Below are positions 1 to 10,006 of a stretch of 48,297 nt of DNA, piece by piece. Positions within the stretch are counted from its first letter, which is position 1; the number at the start of each line of letters is the position of its first letter. Origin of the DNA: Patescibacteria group bacterium (lineage in GTDB: Bacteria; Patescibacteriota; Patescibacteriia; PEXW01); contig JBBTRK010000004.1 in NCBI GenBank assembly GCA_038065235.1, forward strand, positions 1 to 48,297, written 5' to 3'. A program made the translations under genes and the position numbers. Under the pieces are notes generated by a model. The model was not told the DNA's origin and did no database searches. It worked only from the letters and a program-made list of their open reading frames with translations.

Positions 1-1196
1 TTGAAAGGACCGCCTGCAAGGCGGGGGTTTTGCTCCCAAAGAGGGACAATAAAAACAAATCGAATGAGCCAGTATGGATCATTGTTCATGTGCTTGGGAC
101 TACTTACATCCCAACCAGCTTCCATAATATATTTGAAGTGATGCTTAATATCCTTATATGATTTCTTATAGGGATTATTTTTAGAATATTTGATGGTTAT
201 TTTTGGAAAGCGTGCCTTTTTTGCAACAGACAATTCAAAGTATTCTCCATGAATCGCGTCATAATTAGCCCAAGAATTATGAAGTGGTTTATTGTCATAC
301 ATATAATCATCGACTGTTTCGTCCCCGCTTGAATCGAAGCCAATTGCCCGTGGATCTAAAAATTTAATCCCAATCTCATCATAGGAAAAACTCGTACCAC
401 TCTTCATAGCTCGCAGTACTGGTTTAATATTTGTTATCTTAATGTTTTCCGTGTTTGTGTCTCCCATTACAAGGCCATGAAATGACGGCTCCAAGATTTT
501 GACAAATTCTTTTGTTTCTAATTTTTTCAGCAAGGGATATATATTAAGATATTTTTTCCCATTAATCCATATATATTTGCTATCCAGGATTGATTTATTG
601 AATACTCTCGGTGCGGTAATTCTTGAAATCTCTAACCTTTTCTTAATTTTACTAAAATATGCTTCATGAATAGTTCGGGATGTAAGAACTTTTTTCCTTT
701 GACTATGAATTTTTTCTTTCAAACAGCGAAGTATTTCTACATAAAGCTGCGCTACGACTTTTGAAGGTGGTTTATAGTGAGCTATGAAAGTACTTACTTC
801 CATACCTCCAATGAATTCCTCATCGTAAATAACTTCAAAGAAATTTTTCTTTTTCGCCTTATTCTGGTTGCAATAATCTGAAATTACCCTTTCTGTTAAT
901 TTGTAAACTTTTGGAAAATAGGGGGTAACACCATTTGGCAAACCTTTCAAATATTTATATTGCAAAATGGCTTTTTTAAACGGCGGAGTCATAGTCCCAT
1001 TCCCAGAACGACCCCAGCGAGCAGAAACAAGTTTTTCACTTAAAATCTTTCTAACAAAAATATTTTTTCGGTTACGAGATTTCAAAAAAAGGACTAGAGC
1101 CTCACTACCGCCGCTACCAAAACTAATAAGCTTCTCACCACTATGCAAATACTCCCTTAAATCTATTTCTAATTCGGATTTTTTTGTTCTGTACAT
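1..1196 (-). CDS. Kinase-like (aminoglycoside phosphotransferase/choline kinase fold) protein, runs off the left edge
   Basis: Not in the ORF track. My translation from ATG 1196 (MYRTKKSELEIDLREY...) stays open to position 1. It has a Gly-rich FGSGGSEA, a catalytic-loop-like GLVMGDTNTENIKI and a metal-binding-like IKFLDPR. Confidence 0.65.
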   Translation of the reverse strand, partial: MYRTKKSELEIDLREYLHSGEKLISFGSGGSEALVLFLKSRNRKNIFVRKILSEKLVSARWGRSGNGTMTPPFKKAILQYKYLKGLPNGVTPYFPKVYKLTERVISDYCNQNKAKKKNFFEVIYDEEFIGGMEVSTFIAHYKPPSKVVAQLYVEILRCLKEKIHSQRKKVLTSRTIHEAYFSKIKKRLEISRITAPRVFNKSILDSKYIWINGKKYLNIYPLLKKLETKEFVKILEPSFHGLVMGDTNTENIKITNIKPVLRAMKSGTSFSYDEIGIKFLDPRAIGFDSSGDETVDDYMYDNKPLHNSWANYDAIHGEYFELSVAKKARFPKITIKYSKNNPYKKSYKDIKHHFKYIMEAGWDVSSPKHMNNDPYWLIRFVFIVPLWEQNPRLAGGPF

Positions 1197-1205
1197 AGAA
1201 TATTA

Positions 1206-2204
1206 CTATTCATTGATATCGCTATCATTTACAACAAACTCGTTTGCAATTTTTTCAACAAATTCACCTTCAGCTTTTGAACAAACTGTCTCATGTAATG
1301 ATTCGAGAAAATTCTTGGCGGTCATTCTGTTACACCGACCTTCAATTATTCTTTCGAGTTTTACTATATCTTTTGTTGACGTCCCTAATGCATTCCCCAA
1401 AAAAATTCCAGCTACCTCAACCGAGCCAATTTTTCTATGTATGCATTTTGAAAATTCTGCCTTTCTTAGAATTAAGTATACCGTATTAGTATTTTCAATA
1501 TACAAATTGTAACTAAAACCTTTATTTTTAATTTTCCCAATAAGCCTATGTATGAATGAAACTTTTTCATTGGTATTAATTGGGTCAAAAACATACAATG
1601 ACCCAGGATAGTCTGGTGTTTGAAAAATGCTCATACCATCAAATTCGAAACACTTCTGCCTTTTTAAATAGAAAATTGGCAAATCTTCATCGCAGATACT
1701 TATATGCGCATGGTCTGATATGGTCGCCCCGCTACCAACGATTTGCATTAAAGCTGACTTAAATCGCGAGTAGCGCATAAAACGAAATAACAAATGTAGA
1801 TCCTTTTTTGAAAAAAATAACTCATGTCTTTTGGGACATACCAAGATCTGTTTATTAAAATATGGAAAATTATTGACTTCAATGTCAAATAATTTTCGGA
1901 AATCTGTGAACCACTGCCTAGTGGGACGATCACCCGCTAGTTGGAGCGGCAATTTTACGGAATTAGTTCCTATTTTGATATTTTTGCAAAGGCGGCAGAC
2001 GGGTGCATTTTTTGAATCACCAGTATCATATAGTACTTGTCGGTACGCAAATGTAGGTACGAATCTTTTCTTTCCCTTAAATTTATTTAACACAAAATAA
2101 TGATCTTTTACATCTTTGTAATTCCAGTAGATATCACTTCTTTCGTCCAATTGCTTAACAATATAATTCTTTATTGAAAAACTCGGTCTCTGTTGTGTGG
2201 TCAT
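1206..2204 (-). CDS. HIT-like nucleotidyltransferase/phosphorylase (DUF4922 / GDP-hexose phosphorylase-like)
   Basis: CRLC, NNFPYFNKQILV and GSGATISDHAHISI motifs resemble the N-P-(Y/F)-P and GAS..DHxH signatures of this group. Confidence 0.55.
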   Translation of the reverse strand: MTTQQRPSFSIKNYIVKQLDERSDIYWNYKDVKDHYFVLNKFKGKKRFVPTFAYRQVLYDTGDSKNAPVCRLCKNIKIGTNSVKLPLQLAGDRPTRQWFTDFRKLFDIEVNNFPYFNKQILVCPKRHELFFSKKDLHLLFRFMRYSRFKSALMQIVGSGATISDHAHISICDEDLPIFYLKRQKCFEFDGMSIFQTPDYPGSLYVFDPINTNEKVSFIHRLIGKIKNKGFSYNLYIENTNTVYLILRKAEFSKCIHRKIGSVEVAGIFLGNALGTSTKDIVKLERIIEGRCNRMTAKNFLESLHETVCSKAEGEFVEKIANEFVVNDSDINE

Positions 2205-2267
2205 TAAAATATTCTTTAGAGGTTTAACAATGCAAGCGTCTCATTATAGTTTGATATATCAACCGCT

Positions 2268-3086
2268 CTAGTTTCTTTTCACAAGTATCTTTACTAATGC
2301 ATTTACTGGATATCCTTTGCCCATAATATACATATCCGCATACTGCTTTTGATGAAAACCCACCGCCAGTACATTTCCGACTTTTTGAGCGGCCTGCATG
2401 TCACTTTTTCCATCCCCTATCATGCAAATGATTGATTTCTCTGAACGAATATTGAGCGCATTTTTTTTTGCAACCTCATCCCTAATATGTTGCAATGCAG
2501 ACTTCTTCGAAAATCCGTGTGGGAATCTTTCGTCATAATCACCAAAAATATTTTCAGAGCGAATAATTTTTTCCAAATTCAACTTCTTTATCAAATTTAC
2601 CTTATGAGCTCTGTCACCTCCTGTGACAACAAATATTTTAATTCCATTTTTCATTAATTGTAGCAGCAACGAGCGAACTCCCATCACTAGGTCCTTAGGT
2701 GTGTAATAGTTGACTGTTTCACTCCTCCACAGCTCATCAAACTTCTCTCTGTAATAAACAACTGTTCGAACTCCATATCTCCTCTTCTTCTGTATTAGTT
2801 GCTGTAACTTTACCATATACTTAGTAAGAGTCAGACCAGCATTGTTCGCAATATATTTCTTATAACGAGCCACCTGCTCTTCTCGTTTAACAATGCTTAC
2901 ATAATTCTCGTTGATATTGTCAACAAAAAATTCAGCCATTACTTGCTGCCACTCGATAGGAGGGCAAACCAAAGTATCATCAAAATCAAAAACCACAGCT
3001 AAAATATTGGCCTCCTTAACCTTTTCTTTATTTTTTACAACCAAGGATCTACTCATATCGTTCCGCATGCATATAAGTAATAGCAT
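2268..3086 (-). CDS. HAD-superfamily hydrolase/phosphatase
   Basis: Motif I VFDFDDTL, motif II VVTGG, motif IV MIGDGKSD; start uncertain (3086, 3068 or 3056). Confidence 0.85.
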   Translation of the reverse strand: MLLLICMRNDMSRSLVVKNKEKVKEANILAVVFDFDDTLVCPPIEWQQVMAEFFVDNINENYVSIVKREEQVARYKKYIANNAGLTLTKYMVKLQQLIQKKRRYGVRTVVYYREKFDELWRSETVNYYTPKDLVMGVRSLLLQLMKNGIKIFVVTGGDRAHKVNLIKKLNLEKIIRSENIFGDYDERFPHGFSKKSALQHIRDEVAKKNALNIRSEKSIICMIGDGKSDMQAAQKVGNVLAVGFHQKQYADMYIMGKGYPVNALVKILVKRN

Positions 3087-3364
3087 CGGTTCACTTACCC
3101 CCTCAATAAAAATATGCCAAACCGACTATCACTTCCCGCTCGGCAGTTCATCGTGCCTCTCCTTTTCAGGCATTTCTTTACTGTTCAAGCTCGGGTGAAC
3201 CATGCCATTCAACATTGGTGACGACTTACTCTATGGCGAATTTCTATAGATGAACGTTTTAGTTTGTGCTATTCACTACCTTTCCAAAAAGCGTGATGCA
3301 TAGCGGTTTGTTTGAATATATGCTAGCACGTCTATTTCCGGTTTTCGGCCGAGTTATCCACGAC

Positions 3365-3394
3365 AAAACAGCGCCGTCGCGACGGCGCTGTTTT
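3365..3394. terminator. Bidirectional intrinsic terminator-like hairpin
   Basis: aaaacagcgccgtcgcgacggcgctgtttt is a perfect palindrome with A/T tails, downstream of the methyltransferase. Confidence 0.6.
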
Positions 3395-3462
3395 CTAAAA
3401 AATTTTGATATTTTACCAAATTACAGGCTATTTCGTTGTAACGATACCTAAAGTAAAACGAA

Positions 3463-3990
3463 CTAAGGCTTTTGCACTATCAAACTGCTCAAAAAGAATT
3501 TACGCGTTTGGCCACCCATATCTAAACCCATATGACTATACTGCCTTGCAAAATGCTCAACCCAAGTCATGAAATGAAGGGTTAATTCGTCCAAGGAATA
3601 CAGTGAACGCATGGGGTGGTCAAATGGTGGCTCGGGATCTTGGTAAAATGTTTCAATTGCAACAATCGAACTATCACTAGAGTGATTTTCGATCCAAGGG
3701 AAAAGTATTTCAAATACCCAATTCTTATCCAAGAATTGAATTACATTTCTTAGAAAAAACCGATTGTATTTTTCGGTATTAGGAGTATTACAATAATCTT
3801 CAATCTTCATTCGCACTGCTCTGAACTTTTCTTCCTCTTGTTTTGGGATACGGATATCTACGGCGGTTACAATTGTGCCACGTTCTAAAAACATTCGGGA
3901 AAATTTGCCTTCACCAGCTCCAAGATCAAGCACATGCTGATTCGGCTTGAGAAGGTCGAGAAAAGTCTTGGTAAAATCTTGATTATTCAC
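3463..3990 (-). CDS. Class I SAM-dependent methyltransferase
   Basis: VLDLGAGEG motif I followed by VTAVD. Confidence 0.85.
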   Translation of the reverse strand: MNNQDFTKTFLDLLKPNQHVLDLGAGEGKFSRMFLERGTIVTAVDIRIPKQEEEKFRAVRMKIEDYCNTPNTEKYNRFFLRNVIQFLDKNWVFEILFPWIENHSSDSSIVAIETFYQDPEPPFDHPMRSLYSLDELTLHFMTWVEHFARQYSHMGLDMGGQTRKFFLSSLIVQKP

Positions 3991-4075
3991 AAGTCAACTG
4001 TAACATAGTGAGCGAGAATAAATATATTTAGAGGAGGGCGATCCGAAGATCGTCCTATGTACGATATATAGCTTC

Positions 4076-4483
4076 TCACTTCTTGAAAGCAAACTTTCGG
4101 CCGGCGAAGTAGTTCCAGAAGAGTGTGAGCGCAACAGCAACTGCTTTGCTGATGAGTCGAGATGAGGTGGCGACATAGACCGTGCCCAAAATTGTTTGAC
4201 TTATCCCCAATCCTGCCAGGTTGATAAGCAGGAAAACCGTGAGCTGCCGGCCAACCCGAGCATCTTGAGATTTGAAGGTCCAGCGCCGGTTGAAGATGTA
4301 GCTGTTGGTAAAACCAAAAACGAACGAAACAGCATTCGCGAAGAGGATGTGCTGCGTGAAGAACGGCACCCAGCTAGTGAGGGCGAAGAAGATTGCCCAG
4401 TCCAACCCCGTGTTCAAAAAACCAATGGTGATGAACCGACTAAACTGCTGAACCGTTGGGTGGCCGAGGACGTGCTGCATCAT
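4076..4483 (-). CDS. GtrA-family membrane protein
   Basis: QFSRFITIGFLNTGLD, NRRWTF and FWNY motifs with 4 TM segments; ATG 4483 overlaps the upstream TGA. Confidence 0.85.
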   Translation of the reverse strand: MMQHVLGHPTVQQFSRFITIGFLNTGLDWAIFFALTSWVPFFTQHILFANAVSFVFGFTNSYIFNRRWTFKSQDARVGRQLTVFLLINLAGLGISQTILGTVYVATSSRLISKAVAVALTLFWNYFAGRKFAFKK

Positions 4484-6618
4484 AGTGCCGAAATAGTGTT
4501 CACCTGAATGCCGGTTCGGGACTGAGTCGTGAAGGCGTTGAAGAGCTTGGTGCGGGTGGCGCCGGTGTTCGCCCAAATCCGAACTTCCGGTTTTGCGCCA
4601 GGCCCGGTACCGGTAACGATATCAACCGTGCCATCGCCATCCACGTCACCAACACCCACGCGGACGCCACCGGTCAGAGCCTTGTCGTAGGCGTAGAACT
4701 CTCGCAACAGCTTCCCGGTTGACGAGAGGACGCGGGTGCGCGGCGCACCCTGCCAAAGCCCCACAATAATTTCTGGCGTTTCGGTGCCGGTTACGTTTCC
4801 GACAGCTAAAGAAACACCCTGACGAACCGTGGTGGGGAAAACCAAAAAGGTACGCTGAAGCTTGCCAGTACCCGAGTAGACCGAAACCCGAGCTTCTTTC
4901 TGACGCTTCGCAACCACAATATCGGTCACGCCATCACCCGTCACATCCCCCGCGGCGAGTGAGATGCCGCCACGGTAGGTCGGCCCGAAAGCGAAGAACT
5001 GCTGCTGCAGAACACCAGTGCTATTGAAAATACGGACACTCGAAGACCCGGTATCCGTGCTGACGATAATATCATTTACGCCATCCCCGGTAACGTCACC
5101 AACGGCCAGCGAGACGCCGCCCCGGTACGCTGTCGGGAAGGCGAGGAATGATCGAAGTTGCTTCCCAGCGCGGTCGTGGATGCGGACACGAGGTTCCGCA
5201 CCTTGCTGAAAACCCGTAACGAATTCTTGCGTCCCGTCACCGTTTAAGTCAGCAGCGACAACCGAAGCGCCAACCCGACTGGTAATCGGGCCAGTGTAGA
5301 ACTGCCGCAAAAGCTTGCCTTGTGCATTGTACTCCCGTATGCGCGGACTATCACCAGCCGAAGGGACGGCGACGATATTGACCCGGGCGGCGCTGGCAAC
5401 GGCTGCGGCACTGAGTAGCATTTGCAAATTCAATCGCCCGGCTCCAAGGTCATTCACAAATGCTGCATTGCTTGCGGCAATATTCGTCGCTTGCTTCTTA
5501 AGCGCCGTGGCCAGGTCTGCTCCAGAAAGCGTGGGTGACATGGCTTTGAGCAAAGCGGCGGCCCCAGCGACGAACGGTGAGGCTACAGATGTGCCGTACC
5601 AGCCCGTACCACTCACCGCAGCGTACCCTTGGCTGGGCGAGTAGAAAAGTGTACTCGAAATATTTTCCCCCGGTGCAACCAAGTCAATGCACGAACCATA
5701 GTTAGAGAATGAAGACTTCACATCATTGCTATCAACCGAGGCAATGCCGAGAACGCCATCGTAGCAAGCCGGGTATTGAGGGGTGACATCCAGGTCAAGA
5801 TTCTCATTTCCCGCCGCGGCAACAATTAGCACGCCCGCAGTTTGTGCCTCGACAATCGCAGCCGCAAGCGTGGGGCTCACGCCGCTCCCAACGAAACTAA
5901 GGTTTATGATGTCCGCCCCAGCCTTCACCGCGTACGCAATCCCTTGCGCCACGGTAACCGTGGAACCGGATCCAGTACTATCCAGCACCCGCACTGGCAG
6001 AATTTTTGCATTCCACGCAACACCTGTGCCCGCTACACCATTATTCCCTTGCGCCCCAATAATACCCGCAATGACTGTGCCATGATTCAAGCCTGCGACG
6101 GTCGCGCCTGCAGAAAGCTGTGGGCGCGAATCATTGCTATTCTCGATGAAGTTCCAGCCTTGCACATCATCAACAAAACCATTCCCGTCATTATCCAAGG
6201 TATCGCCAGCGATTTCCTTGGCGTTAGCCCAGATATTAGCGGTGAGGTCAGGATTCGTTATATCCACACCCGAATCTAGCACCGCGACAACCACCGACGA
6301 CGCATCGGTGCGGGTGTCCCACGCGGCCGGGGCACCAATCTGCGGGAATTGTGTCTGCAGCGGGTAGTCAGGATCATTCGGGATGACCGCAGCGTGGTAC
6401 GTGACGTTAGGTTCGGCCCAGCGGACATTTGGGAGTAGACGCGTTCTTGCTGCGGCATCGTCAGGGGAAAAACCAAAAACTGGCTTGAGTGCGAGTTGGC
6501 CATTGTGGTACTGCACGACCGTTTGGAAAACCTCTTGACCCTGGACGAGTGATGGAATGGAAAACGTCGTGATGAACATCACGACTGCAAACGCGCTCAC
6601 CATACGCCGCAGCCTCAT
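4480..6618 (-). CDS. Secreted S8 subtilisin-like serine peptidase with C-terminal FG-GAP repeats
   Basis: Signal peptide; triad motifs VAVLDSG, NHGT, GTSVASP; repeated (A/V)GDVTGDG..DI. Confidence 0.92.
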   Translation of the reverse strand: MRLRRMVSAFAVVMFITTFSIPSLVQGQEVFQTVVQYHNGQLALKPVFGFSPDDAAARTRLLPNVRWAEPNVTYHAAVIPNDPDYPLQTQFPQIGAPAAWDTRTDASSVVVAVLDSGVDITNPDLTANIWANAKEIAGDTLDNDGNGFVDDVQGWNFIENSNDSRPQLSAGATVAGLNHGTVIAGIIGAQGNNGVAGTGVAWNAKILPVRVLDSTGSGSTVTVAQGIAYAVKAGADIINLSFVGSGVSPTLAAAIVEAQTAGVLIVAAAGNENLDLDVTPQYPACYDGVLGIASVDSNDVKSSFSNYGSCIDLVAPGENISSTLFYSPSQGYAAVSGTGWYGTSVASPFVAGAAALLKAMSPTLSGADLATALKKQATNIAASNAAFVNDLGAGRLNLQMLLSAAAVASAARVNIVAVPSAGDSPRIREYNAQGKLLRQFYTGPITSRVGASVVAADLNGDGTQEFVTGFQQGAEPRVRIHDRAGKQLRSFLAFPTAYRGGVSLAVGDVTGDGVNDIIVSTDTGSSSVRIFNSTGVLQQQFFAFGPTYRGGISLAAGDVTGDGVTDIVVAKRQKEARVSVYSGTGKLQRTFLVFPTTVRQGVSLAVGNVTGTETPEIIVGLWQGAPRTRVLSSTGKLLREFYAYDKALTGGVRVGVGDVDGDGTVDIVTGTGPGAKPEVRIWANTGATRTKLFNAFTTQSRTGIQVNTISAL

Positions 6619-7868
6619 GGTGAGGTGGTATCAAGGGTTACTGGGAGTCGTTGCTCATCCTTGCCACGCACTATCGTTAACGTAAGTGTTGCACGCGCGG
6701 CTGCGCCCTGCACAATTTGGCTGAGCGTGAGTGACTCGGTGAGAGACGTATCATCAACCCGCAAAATAATGTCGCCAACCTTCAAACCGGCACGGTCAGC
6801 TGGGCTCTTTGGAATAATTGCCGGCGCGCTTGTCTCACCCGCACTCGTCACGTGCGCTCCCCGCTCGCCTTCTGCGGTTGGGCTCAAGAGTAAACCTTTC
6901 GCCACAGCGAGATTAAGGTAGTGAACCCCCAGGACGTTGCGGACGACACCCCCAGTCTTCTGCAGACGTTGCAAACCCGAATTAATGACGTCAACCGGGG
7001 TAATGTCTCCGTCGGTGCCTGTGTGAAGGCCAATAAGCTTGCCACCAATGCTAAAGGTGGGAACCCCGGGGGCATCTGCACCGGTCCGGGTTTGGTACAC
7101 CTGGGAAAGCCGTTCACTGCTCTGAACAAGATCGCCACGCTCGTTCACCCGAACCGAATTAAGTGTTGCAAGCTCGGTGAGCGCGATGGCTGGGGCGAGC
7201 GTGACGGCGTGACGGTTGACGTCAATGACCCGTTGACTGACGAGTAGGCTGCCAGTGTCGGCAAAGTCGAGCACGGGGAAACCTTTGCCGCTAATGCGGA
7301 AGTACACCAGGTCTGATGCGGGATCCACCGAGAAATCTTTTGTCAGGTACACTGCCTTCGACGCGGTAACAATGGCAACTTCTTTCGTAAGATCTGGAAT
7401 AGCCCGACGCGAGGTAACGCCAATGCCATCTTCGGTCAGGAGCACCCCAGTGCCGCGGAAGTCTGATGGCGTGTAGAGCTGATCCAGGAGCGTGCCATTC
7501 TTCTTTGCCGGAACTTTTCGAACAAATATTGCCACAACGTTGGGGTCAACTTTCCCTACGGTATCAACGTATTGCTCGGTGACCACTTCCTTGCGCGTCA
7601 CGGGCCGGGCAGTATTCGTCTCCTGCACCGTAGGCGCCAGCCACTGCTGCAGCCACGGCCACTGTTCCTTACCTGCAAGAACAACAACCGTTCCAACAGT
7701 ACCAGCCAAGAACCCGAGCACCACAACGAGCACTAAAAAACTCGCTGAAAACCGGACGATACTCGGCTTGCTGATTGGTTCAGCACGTCGAAGAAACTCC
7801 TCGACGTCAGCATCACGTTGCTCGCTGTCGCGGACTTTGGGAGAGGTGGGCACAATTTTCGCTTTCAT
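6615..7868 (-). CDS. HtrA/DegP-like membrane-anchored trypsin-fold + PDZ protein, probably catalytically inactive
   Basis: N-terminal TM, GTGVLLTEDG, DPASDL, PDZ SPADRAGLKVGDII; catalytic His and Ser motifs are degenerate. Confidence 0.8.
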   Translation of the reverse strand: MKAKIVPTSPKVRDSEQRDADVEEFLRRAEPISKPSIVRFSASFLVLVVVLGFLAGTVGTVVVLAGKEQWPWLQQWLAPTVQETNTARPVTRKEVVTEQYVDTVGKVDPNVVAIFVRKVPAKKNGTLLDQLYTPSDFRGTGVLLTEDGIGVTSRRAIPDLTKEVAIVTASKAVYLTKDFSVDPASDLVYFRISGKGFPVLDFADTGSLLVSQRVIDVNRHAVTLAPAIALTELATLNSVRVNERGDLVQSSERLSQVYQTRTGADAPGVPTFSIGGKLIGLHTGTDGDITPVDVINSGLQRLQKTGGVVRNVLGVHYLNLAVAKGLLLSPTAEGERGAHVTSAGETSAPAIIPKSPADRAGLKVGDIILRVDDTSLTESLTLSQIVQGAAARATLTLTIVRGKDEQRLPVTLDTTSP

Positions 7869-7882
7869 GGGTCACCGTACTT

Positions 7883-8644
7883 TTAAGCAAACCAACGAGC
7901 CGTCACTACAACGCAGAGTAGCATGATCGCCAGCACGACGGTAGCCCAGCGGCTGGATCGCGCGGTACCAAGCACATCGTCACGCAGGCGCTGGAGCATA
8001 CCCGTGAGGAGGAGTGCCACAATTGCCGCTTTCACGAATGGCAGTGCCGGGAGCCAAGCAAGAAGGGCAAAAAATTCAATCGCTATAGTGTTCAAAGCTA
8101 TCCCCCAGGGCCAACGAATGGCGGACGGGACATCGAGGAACCGAAAAACTATTGTGCTCCAAAAAACCATGACCACGACAAAGATCACAATAGCCAGCCA
8201 CAACGGTGCGTTCGCAAAGAGTTGAAGGTCAAAGATGGTCAGACTCGAAAAAAACATGCTCAATATTGCAAAAACGAAACCGAGGTTGACCAAGGCGTTC
8301 GGTTGGTAGCGAGCGGGCGCGTGCGTGAAGCGGAACACCTGTTCGGCGTACAGCGCAAAGAGGACACCGATACACCCAAGGAGTACCCATTGTAAGCTGG
8401 CACGTTCTGAAAAGAGCAACGTACCAACGACGGCAAGAAGGGTAAGCGCCGGGAAAGCGAGAATACTCCATCGTCCCTGCAGAAAGACGGCTCGACGGGT
8501 GAGTAACCACAACGCCGCGAGTGCGCCGAGCACCCCAGCCCCGGCGTAGTACCAGAAGGTATTTGGCGACCCAATAGCAAGCCGGAAAAAGCCGATAATC
8601 CAGGCGGCGCAGAGTACGGGAAGAGCCCGAAGAAAAAAAATCAT
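7883..8644 (-). CDS. Polytopic membrane protein of unknown function
   Basis: Multiple TM segments; ATG 8644 overlaps the upstream stop (ATGA). Confidence 0.75.
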   Translation of the reverse strand: MIFFLRALPVLCAAWIIGFFRLAIGSPNTFWYYAGAGVLGALAALWLLTRRAVFLQGRWSILAFPALTLLAVVGTLLFSERASLQWVLLGCIGVLFALYAEQVFRFTHAPARYQPNALVNLGFVFAILSMFFSSLTIFDLQLFANAPLWLAIVIFVVVMVFWSTIVFRFLDVPSAIRWPWGIALNTIAIEFFALLAWLPALPFVKAAIVALLLTGMLQRLRDDVLGTARSSRWATVVLAIMLLCVVVTARWFA

Positions 8645-9279
8645 CGTGGTGAGAATGAGAAACGCAAACCACCATTCATCGCTTGGACGGTTTGCACCGG
8701 TGGGGCAGCAGAAAAGTACGGCGCAAGTGCCGCGGCGAGCAGAAGCTTCGTGGGTTCCCCAATAATCCACTGAGGCACTTGGACCATACCCACGCGGGTT
8801 CGGCTGACTTCGAATTGAACTTTGCGGTCGATGACTTTGGGTTGGAGCTCGATACGCACGATTGCATTGTGCCGCTGCGGAATTACGAACGAGAGTTCAA
8901 TTGGTTGATCGGCAGCATTGGCAATGTTCAAACCTTGCACGCCCAGGTGCAACGTTGACGAACCAGCGCGGGCGAGTGCGGTTAGCTCACCATCCGCAAT
9001 CTGTACTGACCCACCCACGGCGTCGCGTAAACGATTTGCGAGGTGTGTGCGCTCCGTGGAAAGCTCAACCGCAACAGCTCGTGGTTCAGGCCGGGTGTAG
9101 GCGAAACGGCTCACCAGAGGTATCGTCCACACCCCAGTCCGCGCAATTTGTACGAGGAGCCAGAGGACGATAACAAGGAAACCCAACTTAACGAGCCGAC
9201 CAAGTGAGAACTTAGGGATGGGGAGGTGAATCTGCCGACGGACTACCGGAGTTGATGGCGTAGATTCAACTCTGGTCAT
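8641..9279 (-). CDS. Membrane-anchored hypothetical protein
   Basis: One N-terminal TM; start/stop overlaps with both neighbours. Confidence 0.7.
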   Translation of the reverse strand: MTRVESTPSTPVVRRQIHLPIPKFSLGRLVKLGFLVIVLWLLVQIARTGVWTIPLVSRFAYTRPEPRAVAVELSTERTHLANRLRDAVGGSVQIADGELTALARAGSSTLHLGVQGLNIANAADQPIELSFVIPQRHNAIVRIELQPKVIDRKVQFEVSRTRVGMVQVPQWIIGEPTKLLLAAALAPYFSAAPPVQTVQAMNGGLRFSFSPR

Positions 9280-9893
9280 ACCTGCTTCCGAGGCCGATTG
9301 GCAATGAGACGGCGGAACTGTTCCTCCCCAACGCCCACTTTAATCTTCTGGACCATGGCCAGGAGTTCGTCGGCCGAGAGCTGATCTTCGGGTTTCCCGT
9401 TGGTTGCATCGTGCTGCAGCTTCAGGATAAGATCCTGCACGCGCTGCGGGTTGCGGACGCCATTGAGCTCGAGGTTTGCCGCAGTGCCAGCAGTTTGAAT
9501 AACCACAGAGCCGTAGCGGAAAATCGTTGCCGCAACACCTTTGATGATGTAGCTCACATCCTGAATCTTATCAAACGTGGTTTCGGAAACCACCCGATGG
9601 AAGAATCCGCGCTGGTCCACGTCGACAATGCGCGTGGCCGTAAGAATGAAAGCATTCAGCTGATGAACCCACATAGTCCGCAGGCCAAGAAAAACCCCAA
9701 TGCCAACACTGAATATGATAAGGGCGACTCCGAAGGAGCCGTACTTCAGCAGTGGGTAGAGGAAAAAGAATGGTGCTATAATGAGCACGGCAACCAAGAA
9801 CGTCGGCGCAACGACAACCAGTGGCGTCCGGCGCACCAGCGCGAGCACCTCTTCCCCTTCCTTCACATTTTCTAACAGCCGTTGTTCAAACAT
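9276..9893 (-). CDS. Bacterial PH-domain (bPH_2) membrane protein
   Basis: 2 TM followed by ILTATRIVDVDQRGFF...KIQDV...YGSVVIQTAG. Confidence 0.8.
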   Translation of the reverse strand: MFEQRLLENVKEGEEVLALVRRTPLVVVAPTFLVAVLIIAPFFFLYPLLKYGSFGVALIIFSVGIGVFLGLRTMWVHQLNAFILTATRIVDVDQRGFFHRVVSETTFDKIQDVSYIIKGVAATIFRYGSVVIQTAGTAANLELNGVRNPQRVQDLILKLQHDATNGKPEDQLSADELLAMVQKIKVGVGEEQFRRLIANRPRKQV

Positions 9894-10006
9894 ATGAAGC
9901 GAAAGCGAATCGTCAAAGTTCTCTGGGTCACTATTCTCATCATCGGCACCTTGAGCATGGTGTTTTTTACCATGATGCCGTTGTTCGGCTTGGGCGGCGC
10001 CGGCTT

